Program-made: the position numbers and the translations under genes
NCBI GenBank assembly: GCA_050043465.1
Contig: JBHJIL010000054.1
Coordinates: 53,601-101,600 of the forward strand
Direction of reading: 5' to 3'
DNA length: 48,000 nucleotides
Origin: Leptolyngbyaceae cyanobacterium
Lineage (GTDB): Bacteria; Cyanobacteriota; Cyanobacteriia; Phormidesmidales; Phormidesmidaceae
The notes under the pieces: generated by a model
Seen by the model: only the letters and a program-made list of their open reading frames with translations
Databases searched by the model: none
What the model was told of the DNA's origin: nothing
Shown: positions 32,388 through 40,295 of the stretch, in pieces
How the letters are laid out: each line of letters starts with the position of its first letter
Numbering within the stretch: the stretch's first letter is position 1

Positions 32388-35285
32388 CTAAGCCAGCTGG
32401 CGTTTGATCAGTTCTGCAAAGACGCCTGGCTGCTGGGCTAGTTCATCAAAGCTACCGACCTGGACTACGCGTCCGGCCTTGATGACATAGATTCGATCGG
32501 CGTTGCGAATTGTACTGAGCCGGTGGGCGACAACAATACGGGTGACATTAAGCCGATCGAGACTTTCGCTAACAATTGCTTGAGTTTTGTTATCCAAAGC
32601 GCTCGTAGCTTCGTCTAGCAGCAGCATCTTGGGATTAAGGGCCAACGCTCTAGCAATGATCAGCCGCTGTCGCTGTCCTCCAGACAGATTGCTGCCGCCT
32701 TCACTGACCACCGTGTGTAGCTGCATTGGTAAGTTGCGTACATCTTCGGCATATCCTGCCATTTCTGCTGCGCGCCAGGCGTCATCTTGGGTGTTTAGCG
32801 CTCCGCCGGAAATGTTTTCAAAAATCGATCCGGCACTGATATGACCGTTTTGTAAGACTACACCTAGCTGTCGGCGGATGGCCGTCAGGTTTAGACCGCA
32901 CATATCTCGACCGTCGTAGTACACCGTACCTGACAGGGGATGTTCAAATCCCAGGAGCAGCCGTAGTACGGTTGATTTGCCGGAGCCAGACGGTCCCACT
33001 AGGGCAATAAACTCTCCTGGCTTGGCTTCTACCGTGACGTCATCTAAAATCAGCGGACCGTCATCGCGATAGCGGAAGGTGACATGGTCCATGCAAAAGG
33101 CACCTGTAAGTTGCCCCGGATCGGTTTTTTCGGCGGTGACTTCGGGGGGGGCGGCCAGGATAGGCTGCGATCGCATCCATAATGGAATTACATCCATCAC
33201 ATCGATCATCGTCAGGCTCAGATTGGTAATCCCGCTAATAAAAATGGCAAAGGCGGCGCTAAAGGCCAAAAATCGCCCCGTCGTTAGCTCAAACGGCCCC
33301 ACCAGCGTACTGGCTACCCAAAACAGCGCAATCGTCGTTACCGTTGGTATAACCGTATTAAACACATTGACCGAGTCTTCCAAGCGCTGGGTACTCAGCT
33401 CCAGCTGTAGCAGCTGACGATATTTGTTTCCCCACTGGGCAAAGGCTCTCGACTCTGCCCCGGCAATCCGCAGCTTAGAGACACCGTTAATCAGCTGTAC
33501 CATCAAACCGTACAGCTCTCCCCGGATCTCCAGCATGGGTCGCTGCTTCTTTAGAAGAAACGCTCCTGATGCGACCGTAACGCCCATAATCAACAGGGCG
33601 ACCACCAGAGCCAGAGCCGCCAGTCTAGCGCTGTAGTAAAACAACAGCCCCAAATTTAATATGGCAAAGGTCCCCGACAAAATGGCATCTAGGGCCGAAC
33701 CGCTCAGCAACCGCCGGATAGAAGTAATGCTCGACACCCGCGACAAGAGGTCTCCGGTGGCATAGTCTCTAAAAAATGATGTCCGCAGCTTTAACAAGCG
33801 GTCCCACACCGCCGCCTGCAGCGTCACATCCGAGCCAGTTTCCAGCCGCATCGTGGTGATCGCCTGCACCAGCTGAAAACTAGCTCGACCAATGGCCATC
33901 GCCACCAGCGCCAGTCCGATTTGCAACAAAAGTCCGGCGCTGCCAAAGGGAATCGCATCGTCCACCAGCACCGCCGTCATTTGCGGCAGCACCATCCCTA
34001 GCAGCGTGACGATGACTCCGGCCAGTGCCATCACCGCCAGATCGCGCTGACGTCCATGAAACGCAAATTTAAGTAAATCCCAGGCCGTTAGATGCCCGTC
34101 GGGTAGCGGCCGATAGAACATAAACGCCACCGGTTCAACGGTGCTCGCCACGGCTTCATCGACGGTCGCCCGCCGACCGGTGGCATCGAGCAGCTCATAG
34201 TGGGTCTGATGGACTGGCAATAAGGCAACTGGTCGATGGCCGTCTTGTGTATAGGCAACTAGCGGTCCCACATCCTGTCGCCACCAGCGTCCCCGCAACA
34301 AAACCTGTCGCGATCGCAGCTGAGAGGCCCGAGCAATAGCCTCCAACGGTTCTTTGAGCGACTGTGTCCGCTCAGATTCTGCCGGTGGTTCAATCTTGAC
34401 GCCCAACGCATGTCCCACCGCTCCTGCCATCCGTAACAGCGGTGTTTCAGCTAGCAGATAGTTGCCCGCATTGGGCTGTAGTACAGAAACCAGTCCCTGG
34501 AGAGTTGTTTGGGTAACCTCCTGGTTTAATAGCTGGCGAGCAGCAAACTGGTCTTCTCCTCGCTGGCGATCGCTCTGCCACTCTTCTTCAATGACTTCTA
34601 GCGCAAACTGATGGAACAAATTGAGTCCCTGGACAAAATCTCCGTAGGAAATTGTTGAGCACAGCTGATCGGCGGATACGATATCCAGTTCCACTGGCTG
34701 ATCTGCTGCCCTAACCCATGTGGTCTTCGAGATTGGAAACAGCGGTGATGTTGGCGATAGAACAAATCGCTCCACATCTAACCAACACGCCTGATGGGTT
34801 CGGGGTCTGACCCATCTCATAGCAGCCTTAGGACTGTACCCTTCATTTGCATCAAGACTAAGCGTCCCCACGACGTCAGACGCCTCAGCAATTGAGCGAC
34901 CCGGAAACCCTTTAACCTGGGTGAGGCCCCCTACCCAGCGTTCTACCTGTCTCAGTAATGGAAGAGAGATATGACCACAAATCTCTCCATTATTATCTGC
35001 TGCTTTGACAATCGGCTCAATCTCGCTAATTTCAAACGCTACGGCTATTAAGGCCAGGTCGCACGAACGCAGCTCATTGCCGATGACTAAGTCTCCCGGT
35101 TGTACCGTCCACAGATAGCGACGCTCGCCGACAGGTTCGCAGTCCTGCCAGCCCACAGCAAATATGCCTAAACGCCCGGACTTGACGCGCCATAGCCCGG
35201 ACGTGAGTAAGGGAAAAACCTCATTACTACTAATGACATGCCCATCAGAGAGGTTAAACGTACTTTGAGAATCTGCAAGCACCAT
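32388..35285 (-). CDS. ABC transporter permease/ATPase with a long N-terminal cNMP-binding-like extension (NHLM-bacteriocin-system type, non-peptidase partner)
   Basis: The protein is 965 aa. It has a ~400-aa N-terminal domain, six-helix transmembrane region and NBD with GPSGSGKST, LSGGQRQRLIIARAL and LLLDEATSALD. It is paired with a C39-ABC gene 27 nt upstream. Confidence 0.8.
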   Translation of the reverse strand: MVLADSQSTFNLSDGHVISSNEVFPLLTSGLWRVKSGRLGIFAVGWQDCEPVGERRYLWTVQPGDLVIGNELRSCDLALIAVAFEISEIEPIVKAADNNGEICGHISLPLLRQVERWVGGLTQVKGFPGRSIAEASDVVGTLSLDANEGYSPKAAMRWVRPRTHQACWLDVERFVLSPTSPLFPISKTTWVRAADQPVELDIVSADQLCSTISYGDFVQGLNLFHQFALEVIEEEWQSDRQRGEDQFAARQLLNQEVTQTTLQGLVSVLQPNAGNYLLAETPLLRMAGAVGHALGVKIEPPAESERTQSLKEPLEAIARASQLRSRQVLLRGRWWRQDVGPLVAYTQDGHRPVALLPVHQTHYELLDATGRRATVDEAVASTVEPVAFMFYRPLPDGHLTAWDLLKFAFHGRQRDLAVMALAGVIVTLLGMVLPQMTAVLVDDAIPFGSAGLLLQIGLALVAMAIGRASFQLVQAITTMRLETGSDVTLQAAVWDRLLKLRTSFFRDYATGDLLSRVSSITSIRRLLSGSALDAILSGTFAILNLGLLFYYSARLAALALVVALLIMGVTVASGAFLLKKQRPMLEIRGELYGLMVQLINGVSKLRIAGAESRAFAQWGNKYRQLLQLELSTQRLEDSVNVFNTVIPTVTTIALFWVASTLVGPFELTTGRFLAFSAAFAIFISGITNLSLTMIDVMDVIPLWMRSQPILAAPPEVTAEKTDPGQLTGAFCMDHVTFRYRDDGPLILDDVTVEAKPGEFIALVGPSGSGKSTVLRLLLGFEHPLSGTVYYDGRDMCGLNLTAIRRQLGVVLQNGHISAGSIFENISGGALNTQDDAWRAAEMAGYAEDVRNLPMQLHTVVSEGGSNLSGGQRQRLIIARALALNPKMLLLDEATSALDNKTQAIVSESLDRLNVTRIVVAHRLSTIRNADRIYVIKAGRVVQVGSFDELAQQPGVFAELIKRQLA

Positions 35286-35312
35286 AGAACTAAAAAAGAT
35301 ATCTAAAAATTC

Positions 35313-37499
35313 CTACGCGACCGCCAGTGCGGTGCCCGAGCTTTGAATGAGATCGCTGTAATGGCCAGGTTCCTGCCAAAGTTGTTCATGGTTGCCTCGC
35401 TGTACAACCTTGCCTCGATCCAACACAATAATCTCGTCCGCATCTCGAATTGTGCTCAGCCGGTGGGCCACAATAATGCAGGTACATCCCCGTCGTCGTA
35501 GATTTTGGTCGATCGTTTTTTCAGTCTCAGTATCTAGGGCACTGGTGGCTTCATCCATGATCAAGATCGACGGGTTGTTGACCAATGCCCGAGCAATCTC
35601 TAACCGCTGACGCTGACCGCCGCTGAGGTTCTTGCCGCCTTCTAGTAGCATGGCGTCATACCCATAGGGCATCGCTAAAATAGCGTCTTCAATCGCCGCG
35701 TCCTGACAGGCTTGTTTGAGATCCTGGTCGGATACCGTATCGTCCCAAAGCGTCAGATTGTTCCGTACGCTCCCAGCAAACAACAGAATATCCTGCTCCA
35801 CCATGGCAATGGAGTTGGTCAGGGTAGCCTGGGTAATTTCTTGTCGCGGTCGGCCATCAAAACAGACTTCGCCGCTGCTGGGCTGATAAAGACCTGCGAT
35901 AACTCGCGCCAGGGTGGATTTACCTGAACCGCTGCCACCAACCAAAGCGACTCGCTGTCCGGGCTTAATGGATAGGTTAAAGTCTTCGATCAGCGGCGGG
36001 TCCAACGGACTGTAGCCAAAAGACAGATTACGAATCTCTACTGCTCCTGAAAGCCGATGGTGATTGGCCGCTTCTTGCTCCTCAGATATCGCTTTTTTAC
36101 AGTGCTGACAGAAGGCGATATCGGTTTCGTTTTCGAGCACATCGTCTAGCCGGTCGAGATTGCCTTGGAGTGTCTGCAGGGTGCCTGCAAACTGTACCAG
36201 CGAGTTAACTGGACCTTGAAAGCTTTGCATCAACAGCTGAAACGCTACCAGCATCCCGATAGTTAGCTCGCCGCGAATAATGCGAAAGCCACCAATCAAC
36301 AGCAGTGACAGCGTCGCCAGGGTAGATAAAAGCGACGGCAGTAGACCAATCACCCGATTGGCCAGCCCTAGATTTTGCTGAGCGTTGACGGCTTTGGTGT
36401 GGTATCCGGCCCAGCGGGCAAAAAAGTCCGACTCTAGACCGCCTGCTTTAAGGGTTTCCATCCCCTGCAGTCCGGCGACAGCAATGCCTGAAGCTTTACC
36501 GTATTCTTGGACCAGCCGCAGGTTAGCATCTTTGCGCTGACGCGATACCCACTGCAGCACCGCCACATTGATAGCGGCAAAGGAAATCACAATGATAGTG
36601 AGGGGAATATCGTACTGGAGCATTGCGATCGCATAAAACACGATCATCACCGCGCTGATCATCGTCGTTGTCAGCCGTCCAGAGAGCACTGCCGCCACAT
36701 TGTCATTAAGGCTAATGCGACCGCTAATCTCGCCTGCAAACCGCTGAGCGTAAAAACCCACCGGCAGCTGCAGCACGTGCCACACAAACTTACTGGCCAT
36801 GCCCACCGCCAGCTTGATGCGCAGCGCCCGCAGATAGCGCAGCTGCAGCATGGCTAGCACCCCCTGCACCACGACAATCAGAGCAATCCCTGCCAGTACA
36901 TAGGGCAGCCAGTCTAGACGCTTTGCCAGCAGAATATTGTCAATGTAAATACGGCTAAAGGCGGGTAGCGCCAGCGTTGGCAACACCAGCAAAAAGCCGG
37001 TCAAGGTGCAGTAAACCAAGGCCCCCATGGACCCGGCCAGTCGTCGTGCCAGAGAACCCATGACGTTGGGTTTACGCCCGCCCTTTTCAAAGGCGTCTGT
37101 AGGCTCAAAGGTGAGGGCAATTCCGGTATAGCCTTCGTCAAATTCCTGTTGGGTAACCCGACGCGGACCGGTAGCCGGGTCGTTCAGACGCACGTGGCCT
37201 TTCTCAAACCCATCCACTACCAAAAAGTGGTTAAAGTGCCAAAACACAATAAATGGCGGCTTCAGCTGTCTCAGACTTTCTAGACTTTTTTTAAATCCTT
37301 TCGCGTTTAGGCCATAGGTGCGAGCGGCCTTAAGCACATTAGCAGCGGTCACCCCGTCCCGCGAGACGCCACAGGCGTGCCGCAGCTCCGCCAGTGGGAC
37401 ATAGCGTCCATAGTGACCCAGCACCATACTGAGGGCCGCTGCACCACACTCTACCGCCTCCATTTGCAAGACCGTTGGCGAACTCACTCGATGCGCCAT
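35313..37499 (-). CDS. Bacteriocin/RiPP-type ABC exporter with an N-terminal C39 peptidase domain
   Basis: The C39 domain is VLQMEAVECGAAALSMVLGHYGRYV...NHFLVVDG (Cys at nt ~37440-37460). The NBD has GGSGSGKST, LSGGQRQRLEIARAL and LIMDEATSALD. I prefer ATG 37499, preceded by AAAGGAGGG, over the track start 37517. Confidence 0.9.
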   Translation of the reverse strand: MAHRVSSPTVLQMEAVECGAAALSMVLGHYGRYVPLAELRHACGVSRDGVTAANVLKAARTYGLNAKGFKKSLESLRQLKPPFIVFWHFNHFLVVDGFEKGHVRLNDPATGPRRVTQQEFDEGYTGIALTFEPTDAFEKGGRKPNVMGSLARRLAGSMGALVYCTLTGFLLVLPTLALPAFSRIYIDNILLAKRLDWLPYVLAGIALIVVVQGVLAMLQLRYLRALRIKLAVGMASKFVWHVLQLPVGFYAQRFAGEISGRISLNDNVAAVLSGRLTTTMISAVMIVFYAIAMLQYDIPLTIIVISFAAINVAVLQWVSRQRKDANLRLVQEYGKASGIAVAGLQGMETLKAGGLESDFFARWAGYHTKAVNAQQNLGLANRVIGLLPSLLSTLATLSLLLIGGFRIIRGELTIGMLVAFQLLMQSFQGPVNSLVQFAGTLQTLQGNLDRLDDVLENETDIAFCQHCKKAISEEQEAANHHRLSGAVEIRNLSFGYSPLDPPLIEDFNLSIKPGQRVALVGGSGSGKSTLARVIAGLYQPSSGEVCFDGRPRQEITQATLTNSIAMVEQDILLFAGSVRNNLTLWDDTVSDQDLKQACQDAAIEDAILAMPYGYDAMLLEGGKNLSGGQRQRLEIARALVNNPSILIMDEATSALDTETEKTIDQNLRRRGCTCIIVAHRLSTIRDADEIIVLDRGKVVQRGNHEQLWQEPGHYSDLIQSSGTALAVA

Positions 37500-37634
37500 C
37501 CACCCTCCTTTGGGCAAACCTCAAACCCAGTTCTAACAGTCCAACTGCGTCTTCGCACAAGCATCGGAGCAAATAATTAGAAAACGTTGAGAAATCAATA
37601 CTTCTTAACTTTGAATGGACTGTTGCTAGATCGA

Positions 37635-37685
37635 GTTTCGACTCTGCTCAACTCTCGAAATTAGCCGCTTGAGCGAAGTCGAAAC
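37635..37685. repeat. 17-bp imperfect inverted repeat (hairpin) downstream of the agmatinase-family gene
   Basis: gtttcgactctgctcaa (37635-37651) pairs with ttgagcgaagtcgaaac (37669-37685) at 15 of 17 positions. The 12-nt core tgagcgaagtcg recurs inside the NRPS C-domain CDS at ~1212-1223. Confidence 0.6.
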
Positions 37686-37743
37686 CGGGCTGCTCGTGTG
37701 CCCAGGTGAAGCTCCCTCCAGCCTCAGACAAAGGCCGCGTAGT

Positions 37744-38817
37744 TTATACATTCATTAGGCTAAACAGCTTATAGAGAATACGGGCGCTGACGTTGCCGTC
37801 CCACTCATGGTTACCCGTTTCGCAAATATCGCCGCCAATGATCCGGCGACCGCTGCGCCAGACCTCTCGCCACAGACAGTAGACCTCCTCCAGGTCTAGC
37901 CCTCCCGGTACCGGCGTCCCAGTATGGGGACACAGCTTGGGATCTAATCCGTCCACATCGCAGCTAATGTACACATGCTCTGGCAGCTGGCTCACAATGT
38001 CCTGACACTGCTGTAGCCAGCTTTTCCCTGCGTAGGCGTTCTGTTTTAGCTGGGTGTCTAGATAGGTGACGACGCGTCCGTCAGACTGTTGAATCAGGGC
38101 CATTTCACCATGGGATATGTCGCGAATACCCACCTGCACCAGCTTTGAAATTTGAGGCAGCTGCAGGGCGTTAAACATGATGGAGGCGTGGGACTCTTCA
38201 AACCCCTCGTAGGCAGAGCGCAAGTCGGCATGGGCATCGAGATGGAGAATGCCAAAACTGAGATACTCCTGAGCTAGAGACTTTAAGCCTCCTAAAGGAA
38301 CGCTGTGGTCACCCCCGACAATCAGGGTCTTTTTGTGGTGCTTGAGGGCCTGTTGAGTTTGCTCGCGCACCCAGCGGGTCATGGTGTGGCAGCCTTGGTT
38401 GACTCTGTCGAGGGCGGCGGCCAGGTCGGGACTATCGGCGGGGGTGATGCCTTGCTCCGCACCGCGAATAACTGCGATCGCATCGGGGCGCAGCCGCTGA
38501 TTGTCTACCAGCAGCCACTCTGGAATTGGCAGCATATAGATTCCCTGTCGCCACGCCTCCGGATTGTCAGCGTCGTAAAAATCCAGCTGGGGTGATGCCC
38601 GTAGAATGGCCTCCGGTCCACCGTAGGTGCCGTCCTGGTACGATGTGGTCACATCCCAGGGCACGCCAATGACGATGGTGCTGGCGTGGGCATAGTCGTG
38701 GGGAAACCCAAACAGATTGCCGTTGACCGCCCCCACATCTCCAGGGTCAAAGTTTGCGATCGCGTCCACTACAGCCTGATCTGATTTAGAAAAGCCATCG
38801 TTAGCCTGAGCGTCCAT
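37744..38817 (-). CDS. Agmatinase/ureohydrolase (arginase-fold) family protein
   Basis: Motifs are GGDHSV, HLDAHADL, SCDVDGLDP and GGDICE. I prefer ATG 38817 (MDAQANDG...), 1 nt after the upstream stop. The track's 40-aa extension overlaps the upstream gene. Confidence 0.8.
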   Translation of the reverse strand: MDAQANDGFSKSDQAVVDAIANFDPGDVGAVNGNLFGFPHDYAHASTIVIGVPWDVTTSYQDGTYGGPEAILRASPQLDFYDADNPEAWRQGIYMLPIPEWLLVDNQRLRPDAIAVIRGAEQGITPADSPDLAAALDRVNQGCHTMTRWVREQTQQALKHHKKTLIVGGDHSVPLGGLKSLAQEYLSFGILHLDAHADLRSAYEGFEESHASIMFNALQLPQISKLVQVGIRDISHGEMALIQQSDGRVVTYLDTQLKQNAYAGKSWLQQCQDIVSQLPEHVYISCDVDGLDPKLCPHTGTPVPGGLDLEEVYCLWREVWRSGRRIIGGDICETGNHEWDGNVSARILYKLFSLMNV

Positions 38818-38818
38818 A

Positions 38819-40099
38819 CTATTCTCCCAGCATGGTCCCAATAAATGTGGGCAAACAAAAGGCCGCCCCGTGAATCTGAGTGTTGTAATACTGCAAATTA
38901 AAATTCTGAGAAATTTGCCGCGAGCGAGCGAGATCAAGATCGGCTACCGGGTGCTTACCGTCCTTGGTGCAATAGGTAAAACTCCACATGCCAGTAGGGT
39001 AGGTGGGAATAAACGCCAGATAACAAAAAACGCTGTCCCGGTCAAAAATCTCCTTTAAACAAGAGTTCAGCTCTATAAATGCTTTTTGATTAAAATGGGG
39101 CGATTCGCTCTGGGCTGTCATCACTCCCCCCGGTCGCAGACAGCGATACACATCTTGGTAAAACTCTTTTGAAAATAGCCCCTCAGCCGGCCCCACCGGA
39201 TCAGACGAGTCCACCACAATCATATCAAAACAGCTCTCGGGAGACTGTTTGACATACTCAATGCCATCGTCGATCACCAGCTTAAGCTTGGGATGCTCTA
39301 ACGCTGATGACAGACTGGGTAAGAATTCTTTAGAGGCTCTGACAACCGCCTCGTCAATTTCTACCATGGTCACGCTCTCCACCTGCTCATGACGCAGGAT
39401 CTCACGTACGCTACCGCCGTCGCCGCCGCCAATCACCAAGACGTTCTTGATGTCAGGCTCAACGACCATAGGCACATGAACGATCATCTCGTGGTAGGCT
39501 TTCTCATCCTTTTCGCTACACATCACCATCTTATCGACGGCCAGTAGCTTGCCGTATTCAAACGTATCAAACACCTCAACAGTTTGATACGGAGATTTCT
39601 CTCGAAACAGACAGTCCCCCTTGTGGCGAATCGACAGTGCCATATTTTCATTGCGGTCGGTAAACCAAACACTACGGCTATATCTGGGTACCAGCTGCTG
39701 TGTAGCATCGGCGCGCAGCTCTCCTAGTTCAATGCTGGCTTTTTCCAGCAGATCCAACTGCCCTCGATTGATCTCTACAGCAGAGCCATGTTCAGCCTGA
39801 AATGCTTTTTTTAGGAGCTTGTAGGAGGTCCATGGATTAACCGAATCTCCACAGGTAAATAGATCGACCGCCGCGTAGCGATACTCTGGCCAGGTGTGAA
39901 TAGCGAGATGGCTTTCCTGGATCACCACGACACCCGAAACGCCAAATGGTGAAAAATGATGAAATACTGAGCTGATAATGGTAGCGCCCGATTCTTTGGC
40001 GGCATTGACCATACTAGACTCAATACAGGGTACATCATTGAGTATTTCAGAGGAACAGCCGTGGAATTCAACCAAAATGTGGCGGCCAAGAGATTTCAT
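38819..40099 (-). CDS. Fused S-adenosylmethionine decarboxylase proenzyme (SpeH/SpeD class 1) and spermidine synthase (aminopropyltransferase)
   Basis: The N-terminal part is [15 protein letters not shown]...[16 protein letters not shown] (pyruvoyl self-processing E-S site). The C-terminal part has [18 protein letters not shown] and [11 protein letters not shown] prefer ATG 40099. Confidence 0.85.
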   Translation of the reverse strand: MKSLGRHILVEFHGCSSEILNDVPCIESSMVNAAKESGATIISSVFHHFSPFGVSGVVVIQESHLAIHTWPEYRYAAVDLFTCGDSVNPWTSYKLLKKAFQAEHGSAVEINRGQLDLLEKASIELGELRADATQQLVPRYSRSVWFTDRNENMALSIRHKGDCLFREKSPYQTVEVFDTFEYGKLLAVDKMVMCSEKDEKAYHEMIVHVPMVVEPDIKNVLVIGGGDGGSVREILRHEQVESVTMVEIDEAVVRASKEFLPSLSSALEHPKLKLVIDDGIEYVKQSPESCFDMIVVDSSDPVGPAEGLFSKEFYQDVYRCLRPGGVMTAQSESPHFNQKAFIELNSCLKEIFDRDSVFCYLAFIPTYPTGMWSFTYCTKDGKHPVADLDLARSRQISQNFNLQYYNTQIHGAAFCLPTFIGTMLGE

Positions 40100-40130
40100 G
40101 AACGTATAAACCCGATACAACCTAGCTAAA

Positions 40131-40233
40131 AGTTACTCTCGAGAATCGAACAGTCTCTAGCAAACTTGTGTAAATGACAAACCAGGAAATACTAAATAGA
40201 GATATGAATCCATAGCCGACTGTTCGAGTAACT
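40131..40233 (-). promoter_or_regulatory. Long bulged inverted repeat in the putative 5' leader of the AdoMetDC-spermidine synthase gene
   Basis: agttac[tctcgagaa]tcgaacagtc (40131-40155) pairs with gactgttcga-gtaact (40218-40233). That gives 10+6 bp of stem with a 9-nt bulge and a 62-nt loop. It ends ~30 nt upstream of the ATG. Confidence 0.3.
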
Positions 40234-40295
40234 AGGTCAGTGTATATCCAAATGGATAAACTTGAGCAGCCCGATAGCAGACGTGCTTGCCTGTG

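Noticed and set aside
37518-37743. Search for a RiPP precursor (GG-leader peptide) or HlyD gene next to the C39-ABC exporter.
   Set aside because: I could read no ORF with a leader-like sequence on either strand. The region is occupied by a hairpin repeat and a ribosome-binding site.
38818-40120. Track N-terminal extensions of the agmatinase-family ORF (to 38937) and the speH-speE-like ORF (TTG 40120).
   Set aside because: The agmatinase extension overlaps the upstream gene and is hydrophobic/Cys-rich nonsense. The internal ATGs at 38817 and 40099 begin the conserved domains.
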